The notes under the pieces are model-generated. The model searched no databases. It saw only the letters and a program-made list of their open reading frames with translations, and was not told the DNA's origin. A stretch of 64,000 nucleotides of DNA from positions 496,001-560,000 of the forward strand of contig CM039002.1 in NCBI GenBank assembly GCA_017499595.2, read 5' to 3'. Shown here one piece after another: positions 26,095-39,900 of the stretch (its first letter is position 1; the number at the start of each line of letters is the position of its first letter). Source of the DNA: Psilocybe cubensis (Eukaryota). The translations under genes were made by a program, and so were the position numbers.

Positions 26095-29000
26095 TCACCA
26101 CACTCTTAAGCGGCGCTTGAAACTAGGCGTCCCCAACATCCATCGCATCAGTATCGAGTCAACATCCATCGAAGTATTATCTCCAACAAACAGCGCTTCC
26201 AAGAACTCATCGCTCTCGTCCTGTGCTTCGGAATGATTCAAGAACTCATCTTCCACCCAATAAAAGCAGCTCTTTCCAATAGTCCAAAATGGTTTCATCT
26301 GATAGACATATTTTTGATCCCGGCCTTTAGGATGGGCATCGAACATCGAGCTAGGTGAGGCACCAATGTTGAGAAGCGCATTGTATGCGTCTTGGGTGGA
26401 TTGGTCTTCTGGGATGCAGCCATATACCCTGTGTGATCGCCCATAGAAGAATAGACTATACCGTGGATGTGCGGGATGTTTCTCCTTGCCAGTGGACGGT
26501 GCAGCGTTGGATTCGGTACAAGACAGATTAGGTTTACTCGTTGGCTTTGCCTCTGGCTTATCAGTAGTTTGAACCACGAGCGATGGTGGGCGTCTCACTT
26601 TGACAGGCCTGCCGAGGGCCATGACAAGGGAAATATAAGGCCGACGCTTGCTCGCCTCATCAAGTGGTTCCACTGATCCACGAGGGTTTTTAGGACCGGG
26701 AAAGTAGAGAAGTTTATCTGCATCGATGGCCACGGTTGACTGCGTAGACCATGCTCTGCGCAACTTGACTTGCACGAGAATACCGGACATGTTGCTCTCC
26801 ATAATGGGTTTATCCTTGTGCAAGAGCACCGGGATGTGCAAGTCGACCGAGCCCTGCGCAGGCCAACCAATCACTGCCATGCCTCTGACGAACGCAACCC
26901 AAGCCATCGAAGTTGTCATCGCCGCATCATCTGTGCCCCTTGCAAAATGCGTGAATCGCACCCATGCGTTCTCGAACGCTTTGTCTAAGCGTTGTCCGCC
27001 AACTTCAGTGTCCGGCATTGATCCCAGCACTTCGGTGTGATATTTCATGGCAGTCAATTGCTTCAGGAAGGCGATCAGACTGCACCCATTGGCCCATGGA
27101 TAGCTTTCGTGTTGTTCGTTGGCGGATTCCGCCCGGACTGCGGCCATGTACGCACGCAGAAGAATGATTTTGGCCACATTCTCCCCTCGCTGTCCCACGT
27201 CGAGCGCCTCCTTGACATCATCCGATAGTTCGTTATACAATTTGGTCATAGGATCTTGACAGGCATTGTTTGTATTACGATGAATAATATTCAATGCCGC
27301 TTCCGCAAGTACGGGTTCTGATGGATACCCACTGTACATGGACAAACGGTCGGTGGGCACAGAGAACGCTGTTCGCATATTACCCGCGACCATATCATCG
27401 GCGAGCTGGAGGGTCTGATGTTTCGTTGGAGAATACTCGAGATTGAGAAGGGTGTCGAGGACGGCAAGCCTTGGCGTGAGGTTTGTAAAAATATCTATCC
27501 CCGACACGCCCATAAGCTTCGTTATAGCCAACGCCCTGATTTGCTTATCCTTGTTTGCGGAACCAACAAACGCCGATGCCCATCTACGTAATCAAGAGAG
27601 TCAGTGCCTCATTGTTATGTATATAGTCAATTAAAACGCATACAATGGACGGCCGAAATAGGTTAAAAAATCGTGCTTCTGAATATCTTTGAGTAGCAGG
27701 GTTGGTCTGAATTTGCGATTTTGTAGCTCAGAGTGACAATCGAAAGGCATTTCTGTAAACGGGGCTACGAGTTCAGCCATAGATTGTCGCGCGGACCTGG
27801 CAACATCTTTAAGACCTGCCAAGCGACGGAGCCGAGAGGATGTTGACAAGAAGAGGATGAAGAATTTGCAACCGCAATATGTAGTAGCGGCTTTAACCAT
27901 TGCATCATAAAGTGTTGAAACTGGCTTTGTACCCGTATCCGAAACTGGCTTTGTATCCGTATCCTTAGCGATTTTGAGCTCGGTTAGCGTATGGGCTTCG
28001 TCGACATAAAGGATCAACCAAGCAGGGTCTTCCTTGTTATCCATCGTTGGTTTCAATTTCGTGATCAGATTGCCAAGTTCCGTGAGCGAATTGTGTAATT
28101 GTGGGGCAGGAAAGGCTCCTGAACTGTACTGCTCACACACAGTCTTGTAGAGAAGTGACCTGGAATTGGCTTTCGCCAAGTCATCCCTCAACAGGACAGG
28201 CAAAGACTGATTGCTGCCGCTTCGAAGCAACGCATCGACCTTGTTGGAAAACTCGCGGAATAGAATTGCAAAGAACTTATGGAAGGCCCCTACGGCGCTA
28301 TCCAGATTTCTAGCCTTTGAAGCGATCAACTTGAAAAGTTTTGTAAGGTCTTCATCGGGATGCGGATACGCACCTGAATACAATCGATTAAGGATATGGT
28401 GCACAGAGAGATGCCGTATAGACAGACCTTGCTCGTTGTCTCTGGTATCTCGTATATTCATGGGGATGGTCGCCACGAGTTTTGCCATTTCATCCACAGT
28501 GCGCGATTTGCCAAAGCCGGAAGATTGGATAATCGCTGACGTATTTTCATCTGGATTGTCGCCAATGGATTTACGTATGTTTGTGAGGAGATTTATGTGA
28601 TGTTCCCCGTAGTATCTGGTTTCCCAAGCCATTGACATCCAATTGGCTATGTACAATATCCATGAACCGTGGACAGCGAGCGTTTGGTATTACTCACTGT
28701 TAGACACGCCTGCGTCCTCGGATTCATTGGGATCTTTGATTGAGCTTTCGTTCACTACAGTGAAGGCACCAGATGTCAGAATGAAGGCCAGTTTTAAGAG
28801 AGTAAAGAGTGCGCAGTGATGCCAACGAGCTCACATCCCGTTGATACTCTCCCAATGAGAATGTGCAGACAATCGTTCGAAATATCTTCAAAGATCGATG
28901 AATTCTTCTCCGAGTCGTTTGACAGTTTCACATAGTTGTCGATGTTAAGATCTTTTTGCCCAACATCATTGATCAGAAATGGGCCTGAGACATGCCGAAG

Positions 29001-29144
29001 GTCGAGGTCATCGAGGTGCGAGAACCTAGGGTGCGACAGAATTGCACCCTTGAGCTTGGCAACGTTGAAGCCCTCGAAAACACGGACAGTGAATATCCCG
29101 CTGCGATCGTCGCCGTGAACTAAGCAGTTGAGTCTGAGTGCCAT
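26095..29144 (-). CDS. Crinkler-type (CR) protein, copy 1: Ubl-like header + P-loop NTPase + PD-(D/E)XK-like nuclease
   Basis: N-terminus MALRLNCLVHGDDRSGIFTV..LKGAI..DLDLRHV..LHILI (CRN-like header). Walker A IIQSSGFGKSR; Walker B LILYVDEAH; then GYPSEPVLAEAA, GQRGE, RFTHF, VDLHIPV..ILVQVK. About four short introns. Confidence 0.8.
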
Positions 29145-29587
29145 AGCGAAGGACGGTGTACCGAACAGAGGATTAACACAAAAGCTCTTTGTTGAATCCA
29201 AAGTTCTGAGTTTGAACGAGAAATTCACACGAATAGAAAGATTTTTTTTACTGATTTACGTTTAATAACACCCACAGAAAGGCCCTATTGCCACTGGCAA
29301 TACTTTATCTTCAAGGCGAAAATAAAAAACCATTCGTGTGATCAACCCGGTGACAACACCCACCAGTGATTATGACTGCTTGCCCCCAGTAGGATATGCT
29401 CAAGATACCTAGCATTGGAACGTGAAGAAAACCACTGTGTCAAAGTTCAGAAGTAAAACTTACACAATGCATTGCCAACATACTAGTAGTAAGAGGGCTG
29501 AGCCAAGCCGTCCATGTCAAGACACAATCATTGAATTCATGTAGAAACCAGACATTCAACATTACTCGATTAGTACAGAAAGAAACA

Positions 29588-32500
29588 TCACCACACTCTT
29601 AAGCGGCGCTTGAAACTAGGCGTCCCCGACATCCATCGCATCAGTATCGAGTCAACATCCATCGAAGTATTATCTCCAACAAACAGCGCTTCCAAGAACT
29701 CATCGCTCTCGTCCTGTGCTTCGGAATGATTCAAGAACTCATCTTCCACCCAATAAAAGCAGCTCTTTCCAATAGTCCAAAATGGTTTCATCTGATAGAC
29801 ATATTTTTGATCCCGGCCTTTAGGATGGGCATTGAACATCGAGCTAGGTGAGGCACCGATGTTGAGAAGCGCATTGTATGCGTCTTGGGTGGATTGGTCT
29901 TCTGGGATGCAGCCATATACCCTGTGTGATCGCCCATAGAAGAATAGACTATACCGTGGATGTGCGGGATGTTTCTCCTTGCCAGTGGACGGTGCAGCGT
30001 TGGATTCGGTACGAGACAGATTAGGTTTACTCGTTGGCTTTGCCTCTGGCTTATCAGTAGTTTGAACCACGAGCGATGGTGGGCGTCTCACTTTGACAGG
30101 CCTGCCGAGGGCCATGACAAGGGAAATATAAGGCCGACGCTTGCTCGCCTCATCAAGTGGTTCCACTGATCCACGAGGGTTTTTAGGACCGGGAAAGTAG
30201 AGAAGTTTATCTGCATCGATGGCCACGGTTGACTGTGGAGACCATGCTCTGGGCAACTTGACTTGCACGAGAATACCGGACATGTTGCTCTCCATAATGG
30301 GTTTATCCTTGTGCAAGAGCACCGGGATGTGCAAGTCGACCGAGCCCTGCGCAGGCCCGCCAATCACTGCCATGCCTCTGACGAACGCAACCCAAGCCAT
30401 CGAAGTTGTCACCGCCGCATCATCTGTGCCCCTTGCAAAATGCGTGAATCGCACCCATGCGTTCTTGAACGCTTCGCGTAAGCATTGTCTGTCAACCTTG
30501 GTGTCCGGCCTTGATTCCAGCACTGTGGAGTGATATGCCGTGGCGGTCAACTGCTTCAGGAAGGTGATAAGACTGCACCCATTTCTCCATGGATAGCTTT
30601 CGTGTTGTTCGTTGGCGGATTCCGCCCGGACTGCGGCCATGTACGCACGCAGAAGAATGATTTTGGCCACATTCTCCCCTTGCTGTCTCACGTCGAGCGC
30701 CTCTTTGGCATCGTCCGAAAGTTCGTTATACAATCTCGCCATAGGCTCCGGACAGGAAGCACTCGTAGTCATCTGAATGGTGTCCAATGCCGCTTCCGCA
30801 AGTACGGGTTCTGATGGATACCCGCTGAACATGGGCATACCGTTCGTAGGCACAGAGAACGCCGTTCGCATATGATGCGCAACCATGCTATCAACGAGCT
30901 TGCGCGTCTGAATTTTCGCTGGAGAATACTCGAGATTGAGAAGGGTGTCGAGGACGGCAAGCCTTGGCATGAGATTCGTACTGCGGAAAATATCTGATAC
31001 CTGCGACAGGCCCGTAAGCTTCGTGATAGCAAACTTCCTGATTTCAGTTTCCCTGTCTCCATTATGCCCAAGAAACGCCGATGCCCATCTACGCACTCAA
31101 AGGAGTCAGTGCCTCATTGCTATGTATATAGTCAATTAAAACACATACAATGGACGGCCGAAATAGGTTATGAAATCGTGCTTCTGAATATCTTTGAGTG
31201 GCAGGTTTGGTCTGATTTTGTGATTTTGTAGCTCAGGGTGACAGTCGAAAGGCATTTCTGTAAACGGGGCTACGAGTTCAGGCATAAATTGTCGCGCGGA
31301 CCTGGCAACATCTCTAGGACCTGCCAAGCGACGGAGCCGAGAGGATGTTGACAAGAAGAGGATGAAAAATTTGCAATCGCAATATGTAGTAGCGGCTTTA
31401 ACCATTGCATCATAAAGTGTTGAAACTGGCTTTGTACCCGTATCCGAAACTGGCTTTGTATCCGTATCCTTAGCGATTTTGAGCTCGGTTAGCGTATGGG
31501 CTTCGTCGACATAAAGGATCAACCAAACAGTGTCTTCCTTGTTATCCATCGTTGGTTGCAATTTCCTCATCAGATTGCCAAGTTCCGTGAGCGAATTGTG
31601 TGATTGTGGGGCAGGAAAGGCTCCTGAACTGTACTGCTCACACACAGTCTTGTAGAGAAGTGACCTGGAATTGGCTTTCGCCAAGTCATCCCTCAACAGG
31701 ACAGGCAAAGACTGATTGCTGCCGCTTCGAAGCAACGCATCGACCTTGTTGGAAAACTCGCGGAATAGAATTGCAAAGAACTTATGGAAGGCCCCTACGG
31801 CGCTATCCAGATTTCTAGCCTTTGAAGCGATCAACTTGAAAAGTTTTGTAAGGTCTTCATCGGGATGCGGATACGCACCTGAATACAATCGATTAAGGAT
31901 ATGCTGCACAGAGAGATGCCGTATAGACAGACCTTGCTCGTTGTCTCTGGTATCTCGTATATTCATGGGGATGGTCGCCACGAGTTTTGCCATTTCATCC
32001 ACAGTGCGCGATTTGCCAAAGCCGGAAGATTGGATAATCGCTGACGTATTTTCATCTGGACCGTAGCCAATGGATTTACGTATGTTTGTGAGGAGATTTA
32101 TGTGATGTTCCCCGTAGTATCTGGTTTCCCAAGCCATTGACATCCAATTGGCTATGTACAATATCCATGAACCGTGGACAGCGAGCGTTTGGTATTACTC
32201 ACTGTTAGACACGCCTGCGTCCTCGGATTCATTGGGATCGTTGATCGAGCTTTCGTTCACTACAGTGAAGGCACCAGATGTCAGAATGAAGGCCAGTTTT
32301 AAGAGAGTAAAGAGTGCGCAGTGATGCCAACGAGCTCACCTCCCGTTGATACTCTTCCAATGCCAATGAGAATGTGCAGACAATCGCTGGAAATATCTTC
32401 AAAGATCGATGAAATCTTCTCCAAGTCGTTTGACAGTTTCACATAGTCGTCAATGTAAAGATCTTTTCGTCCAACATCATTGATCTGAAATGGGCCTGGG

Positions 32501-32691
32501 ACAAGCCGAAGGTCGAGGTCATCATAGTCGAGGTGCAAGAACCTAGGCTGCGAGAACCTAGGCTGCGACAGAATTGCAGACAGAATTGCAACCTTGAGAT
32601 TGTAAACGTTGATGCCCCTGGAAACATGGACAGTGAATATCCCGCTGCGATCGTCGCCGTGAACTAAGCAGTTGAGTCTGATGGATGCCAT
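29588..32691 (-). CDS. Crinkler-type (CR) protein, copy 2
   Basis: Same architecture and introns as copy 1 (MASIRLNCLVHGDD..., QSSGFGKSR, YVDEAH, ILVQVK). Confidence 0.8.
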
Positions 32692-33139
32692 AGCGAAGGA
32701 CGGTGGACCGAACAGAGGATTAACACACCCAGCTCTTTGTTGAATCCATTGTTCTGAGTTTGAACTCGAAATTCACACGACAAGAATATCGCTTTTGTGA
32801 TGTACTGTCCCTTGGCCATCGCCTCGACTTCCTCGTCGTCGTTGGGTGCTAGCATTTCTACCTCGTCCTCGCTGATGCCGTCGCATACCCGCCCGAGCCA
32901 CCACGGCAAGCTCAAGCCGACGCAGCGCCAGCCGCACGTTGCTGGGAATGAGAGTGCGTAGTATGCAAGTAGGATTCGGTCGCGCGAGCAAAATCCTGAT
33001 ACGGCTTCGCTGGGTACACATAGCCAGAACCAGGTTTGGATTTGGTTCCAGGGCAGTCGATTGCCTCGCCGCTGTTGCCGCAGCGCCATCGCCTCCAGAT
33101 TGATTTATGAAAGCAAAAGTGAGTTTGAGACGAACTCGC

Positions 33140-33945
33140 ATGACGATGGGTCGTGGTCGAGCGAGGATATGACAGAGGATGATGAGGTGCTGCCTTTCTG
33201 TTCTTTTATATATTGAATCAAGGCTTATTGAATTGACTTTGTGCTTACGAGCAATGTGCGCTGGAGGAACAGCGAACCAGCAACCCCGCGCGCAATCTGA
33301 ACATTACCTCGCTGGCACCTACCACCACCAGCAGTGCAACCCCGGCCGGCCACACCAGGTGCAGAACTCCCGCGTGCCGATGGGCGCGCGCAGCAGCAGA
33401 GGGAGACGCAGGCGATGGTGGAGGCGGCGGCGTTCGAGGCGCAGCGCCAGCGCGACATGTTCATGAAGCTGCCCAGGTCGTCGTTCCAGGACCTGGCGAA
33501 CGTGCGCACGCGCAATGTGGGGCTGCTGTCGCAGCTGTTGAATCCGGACCCGGAGATTTTCCCGGTGAATCATCCCTACAGGCGTAGGTTTAGTTATGGG
33601 GAGATTAGGCCTGGGGCGTCGAGGGGAGGCGGCGGGGGCGGGGGTGGTGGTGGTGGTGGTGGTGGTGGTGGAGGTTCGGGTGTGGCGCCAATGCGCCCGT
33701 TGACGCCGGCTGCACCTGTGGCTGATAAGCAGCCAACAGCCCCTGCGGTTCCGGCCGAGCGTACAGATGGGTCTGCACAACAGCAGCAGCACCGTCGAAG
33801 CGAAAGCGGAAGCACGGCCGACAGAAAGTCGTCAGGATCTAATGTACCTTCGCGGATGAACTTCTCTCCACCGCGTCGGCCAGGCGGGATGAACCGCACC
33901 AAGAGCGCCGCCGCGATGCCTGTGTCTCGTCATCTTTTTGTGTGA
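33140..33945 (+). pseudogene. Internal gene fragment resembling fungal DUF3295-type regulatory proteins
   Basis: DDGSWSSEDMTEDDE, an intron, then EAAAFEAQRQRDMFMKLP..GLLSQLLNPDPEIFPVNHPYR. GC-rich codon-like sequence with no proper start, ending abruptly. Family recognised from memory only. Confidence 0.45.
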
Positions 33946-36900
33946 TGTGTGGTTTTTGTCTTGGTACTATATCATCGTCGTCCCTTTTCTACTCGTCCTC
34001 CCTCGCTATCCTCGCTATCGATAATTCATAACACCTTTTTTTTTGGTTTCTATTTTTCTCGATGTACCATATAGCACACTTGCCATCAACTGAATGTTTA
34101 CGACCATTTTTTTTTTTCGCTACGACTCTTGTTCCATTGCTCCTTACCTCTCTCTTGTTTTTTTTTCTTCCACTCTCCCCCTTTTAAATGCATTGTATGT
34201 ACTTTGGTTCTGTGTCTGCTTCACGTGTTTGAACTATCATAGTTGTTGTTGTTTTAATGCACATTTGGCTCTTGTTTCTTGGTTTTATTTTCATTTTGGG
34301 ATGAGATGTCGAGTGATGCGCTCAGGTTTGAGGATTCAGGTGACTAAGTCCTGCCTAAAATCCGACTCCGAAAGCCCATACTCCGAAGGGCTTTCAATTC
34401 ATCCCATTTGAGCGATTCGTGGATCTTTCATTATATTGACCAACATTTGCTTTGGGGCAGGGACGTCGGCCAATCAGCAGAGAGTACTAACACAGTGATA
34501 CCGTGACGAGGAACCCCGTTCGCAGATGCATGAACTTAAGCAACTGATAGTGTGTGCCATGCTCAAGAGTCAAGACTTGCGATCAGCGGTGCACTGCATT
34601 GCACACGCGGGCGCTCCGGAGACCCTACATTAACTTCAAAACTTGGATTCATGTTTTTTTTTAAAAAAAACATCAGACTGGTTCAGATCAATATGCAGTT
34701 ACACTGGCACCCACCGTCCACCTTTTATTGACCCGAGGACCCGAGGCACCTTTTCGGGAGCGACGCGAGCGCTGCGCTCAGGGAGATGTACTCATTTGTA
34801 CGGCCCAGAATGTGACTCACCATTTCGAATTTGTGATGCATTTCTTTGTCGACTGCTAAAATACGTGGCGTATATGAAGCGCTCATGCTCGGCGGATTCA
34901 TTTAGAGATAAAATAAATTGATTTTATAGCGCCTGCCCGCTGTTGGCCGTCGTGTACTGCTGCGACGGGACAGGAACCCATGGATATACTTGTTTATTAA
35001 TACGTCGTCCCAACTTTCTGGAAATATTCCATTCGGAGACTTTGCTCGTGCGATGTGGAATTGCATCAAGAAACATGGCTCAGGTTCCAGAGAATTGTCC
35101 ATGTTTCCCTAGACTGTCATATCACTTCGTGGCGGTCCATTACATTAAGTGCGAGCGTCATCTGAGTATGTGTATTCCTGTGCACAAGTGACCTTAACGC
35201 CGACCGTCGTTCGCGTCGATAGAGTAATCTTCATTTCAGCTGACCATTCATATCTCATCAACGCCGTTACACAGAACACAGAAGCAAACAACGGTGGACT
35301 TATCGAAGAAAACTATAAGCACAAGAAGCACTGATGCTCTTGAAGGAGTAAGGAGAACCGTAACCGCTGCTCTGGCTCTCGATTCTACGTCCGCAAGGAA
35401 ATTAGAATACACGCTCTCATGACTCGAGCGCAACTTCTCCACTGGGAACCGATGCTGGAACTTAGAACGCACATCGAAAGAAAAATAAAACCCTCAAGAG
35501 AGGAAAGGCTCCAGAATCACTCTTACGCCACCGTCAGAGCTGCACACACAGTACCAATAGGGGGCAAAATCGATTGTGCGTGCGTCAATGGATTTCAAAA
35601 GGTTTGGGATATCCACGTATGTCACGGAGATTTCAAGGTCACAATCTCTTTTTCGTGGGTATTGTTCAAGGTCAAATAGTGGTGAACCCCAAAGACTGAA
35701 TCGTTGATCGTGGGATGCGGATTCCACCACCGTTGTAAATCCGCTCTCCCAACACGTTGACCTTGAAAGGATTTGAGGATTCACCAAGTTCACGTTTGAG
35801 AGAAAAAGCTGGGCGGGAACTTAACGGTCCTCCACCCCCTTCCCATCATCTGCATCAAAACTCGTCTTTTTTGGCTTGATGGACACATTTTTTCAGGGCT
35901 ATGAATAGTATTGCCATTCCCCATCAGTGTTGGCCTCGCATAAACGATTTAATCTTTCTTTCGCATGAGTGCAGAACGATCATAACGATGGCGAAGAGCC
36001 TATTTTCCCAAAATCTTCCCTTCACGACCGATTCTCATGATCAGACTACTTACTATTCAGGGATCTATATCGGATTAATATATATATATCCTTGTTGAGA
36101 TGTTTGAGTTTCTCTCCAGGTGGCACTTCCAAGAAAACATTCGGGATATTTCTGTCAGATCCACGGGAGACGTGGTGCGTGTCACTCCTTGCACCCACCA
36201 TCATCAATCATAGCCATCATCAAACGTTCATAAAATTTTTACGTCGATGTAAAAACTTGCTGCAGACGCATTTTTTGAAGATGGGCATTGCGGTGTACTG
36301 AAACATACTCTCTGCGGTGTATAGGACACTTTAGTTAAGCGCTAGCTTCAAGCTCTAACATGGAGCTTAATTGGCACATCAACCTTCGTATTCTCAAGGC
36401 TTAAGAATAGACTGGGAAGAAGCTGAAGAACAATAGGCCAGACGTCAGGATTGACTGTTGACAACCCTGACATCCTCGGGAACCTCAAAGACTGATTTTC
36501 AAAAGATCAAAACAAGACAGCGACACGTATCCACTGGACCTACATAGACACTGCTGCGCCGTTGAGACGGCAGTCAATCTTGTGTTTTACAAAATCTACA
36601 CCTTCCGGGCCCCGGCGTTTGAGCCCTCCCTGTCTTGCCTTTTACCTGCTTAGCCGTACAGCTGGCCTGTCATCTTAATTACTTTCAATTTTGAAAGATG
36701 TGCGCAGTAGGCACTCGGTTATGCACACTCAATTACCCGACTCGGAAGTTGTAGTCATGGCGCCGAGTACGACCTTTGCGCCACAATTTCTTGTCTAGCT
36801 ATATTACGGTTGCGCGGTTTGAATTATGCCGCTATGCGATGCCCTACCCACCACTCCCATAGACCTGACCTGTGCATCGTCTCCCCGTCGTGCGTGACGG

Positions 36901-39900
36901 TTGGGATTGGGATAGCTCCGTGACAGTACAAAGACGCCTTCACTTGATCGTGGTGCTATTGAACGACGGATATGATATCCGACGTTCGTCGGACAAACAT
37001 GAAACGCTGAGTCGACATCGTAGTTGGCCTCGAGGTATTAACTGTCATGAAGTGGGCTCATAGGAGGATTAATATATTCTATCGTGCTGATCGAAGAGAG
37101 AAGCAGCATAGATTCTGTAGGCACCTATGACGACGCATAGTAACCAATAGATTGATGTTGTGTTTTCACCGAAATAATCACTCAGGCAGGAACGTATTCT
37201 CACCCTATTTAGAAATCTATTCAATACTGATCTGTAAAAGCAGGGCTCATCTGAAACCAAGGAAAATCAGGCTACTGATTATGTCTTTTCGAGCATTGGA
37301 GTTTGGATAACCATGAAATACTTTGTTTTCAATGTAATCCTGAATTTATTCTTCAAGAACATCTTTCACTTTTTGTGACACATTTTTGCTCATTTTTGTT
37401 CAAAACAGGCCTTGTGCAAATCAGTAGTACTATGTATAGTTCTCTCTACTTTAAGTCTCTGATGGCAAGATATACGTTGTCCAAACAGTTAACATACCCA
37501 CTCCGGGTAGTACCATGCTTAATGTGCTACACTAGAATGTATCTCCTCGATTGTGCTGCAAAAGATACTGTCAACCAGAATAATTACAGGGTTTCATCAA
37601 TTTGGTACTATACGTGACGACGAGCTCTACCAGGGAACTAGGCGCGCGTGGCTAAAAATAGACCACATGGACACGATGCCATCACGTTTAGTTGTGATTT
37701 GGCCCTTTTCCGCTCACTTCCGAACAGTAGTATAGGGAGGAGATGGAGAGAAATACCCCGTCGACTGGTTTGAAGAATGTCAAAAAAAGTCTATCATAGA
37801 AATTGAGATACAGTTATCTAGTTTCTGGAAACAGTTCTGTTACCCATCAAAAACTTGCTTTGTAGGAGTTGGCAAGCCTTTGATGGGTGATAGCCTAGTA
37901 GTGAAGGAAGACTAAAAAGTGCCCGAAGACTCCATAAAGAACACATAATAGAATTCTTAACAGGATACGACGTACGTGATATATGTGGAATACATACAAT
38001 TCCGTTGTGATAGGAAAATCCAACTATGTGCATACTCAGGTACCCCTCCGGCCCAATTCGAAAGTAACCGGTTTCAAGGCGTACTGGTCCCATGTTTCTA
38101 CTCCTCAACTGCCTCTTTGCAATATTTATTTGCCATTTCACTTGCTCATGTCATGATCGATGAAAAAGGTTTTCTAATACAGAATTTGCAATCTGCTCTC
38201 AAATCATGCTGGGCCATATGCCCCTGACTTAGTCCGGATATCTTTCAACATGTCTCCGCAATGCGACTAGATGTTACAGATAGATGCCAGGCCCCCAGCC
38301 AAAGAGGTAACTACGTTGTATGTTCGGGGTATATCCATGGAGAAATTGTGCTTCTGCGTTTTGAAAGAAATCAACATTGGCCATGATCCTCATTATCGGT
38401 GTATTAGCACGGTGCTTGGCCATCGTCCACGCTCCACGCAGACTTGTTGCATAGGAATTTGAATACCTTTGAATAGGAACACTTGATTAGTAGGAAACAA
38501 CCACAAGCTTGATTGCGTCATTGCTACTCCGATCCGTGTGGATGAGCGGGTGATGCGTCTTGACATGCTTACTTGTACCGATATCGATGAGGTCTGTTCA
38601 AGCCAATAGTTAGTGAGCGTTGATACTCGTAGATCAAGACGGATGTCATAAAACGATTGTAGTATTGAAATCAACAGCTCCATTCTCTCATCGTTAGGTA
38701 GATATCTGCGATAAACATTTAGTTTAATTGACTGCTTGTAAGCGCCCATGAACGAACAGGCTTTTTCATCAGCATTTTCCAGGAAAGGTCTCCCATAATC
38801 GTATCAGAATCTAGTTAAATCAATACACACGCGTATAAAGACTGTTCCTTGTGGTCTTTTTATCGTAGATAATAATCTACGCTTCTGGAGAATTATCACA
38901 ATACCTCGGAAAGCGGATGGCGGAGTAATATCACAAGCCGAGCCAGCAAAACATATGACGCGCGACAAGGACAGAGCGAACTGACCGGAGTCGACCCGGT
39001 TCATTTTACATCTGCGGTTCATATAGGTCTGCATACATTGTCGTTGCAAGGCACGTTGCTCTTGACCCACCACCACCACATGAACCTGGCATTCGAATGT
39101 GTCAAAGTCAAAGGAACAAGAAGGGAACACAATCGACGCTATCTCCTCATAGCATTGTCTAGCCTTGTCTATGTTCTTATTCCACGACACGAAGAAGCGG
39201 CGGTTTGGCAATTGGCATCCATCCATTCATCGCCCACCAGATCCACGGTCCCACATGCACCTTTAAATCAAGGCTTTTAATACACCACTTGACCACTTGG
39301 CTCTTTATCCCCGGCCGTGGTCGCGGTCAAGCCTCAAGCCAGGGTACACCCCATATTCTTGCAATAGTAAACCATCGCGACAGCAGATTTATGAATAAAT
39401 CATCAAGGAACGTATAACCCTTTGCCCTTCCAGCTACTGCGTACACTCCAACCTCGCCGCGATAAGCAGATAGTGGTGATCGTTGATCATGGGCTCCCAC
39501 TGCCCAGGTACGCAGGTTCTACTCGCCTCCAAAAAAAAATGCAAGTCACGGTACGGTAGTCGGTAGGACACGGTGTTATTTTTATCAGCCTGCTTAGGAG
39601 CTGATTATGGTTAGCTCAGTGACGCGTCTATTTATATCTGCTTCTGGGGAAACCTTCGCGTCCATCGTGATTCAAAGCCACGAAAGTGGAAACAGTCCAT
39701 GTAAGCTGTGAAGTCCCCGCTTTAAAAATATATTGTATATTATGCATTGACATGGAAAAGAGGCAGACTGAGCAAAGCACAGGAACTGACACTGGACAGG
39801 GACACTGTCACTCCCTTAATAATTAATACGCAACACCAGACTCCCAATGCATTAGGCTTGGCAATTTAAATGAAGCCTAGATTTGGCCTGCCCAGTGCCG

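Larger units (their letters stand above)
25732..32780. repeat. Tandem duplication of a ~3.5-kb unit bounded by TCACACGA
   Basis: Homology starts and stops at TCACACGA at 25732-25739, 29225-29232 and 32773-32780 (periods 3493 and 3548 bp). Confidence 0.93.

Noticed and set aside
34400..39400. Scattered short ORFs that might be decayed genes (e.g. 35150-35700, 38804-39226)
   Set aside because: No recognisable domain or consistent exon chain.
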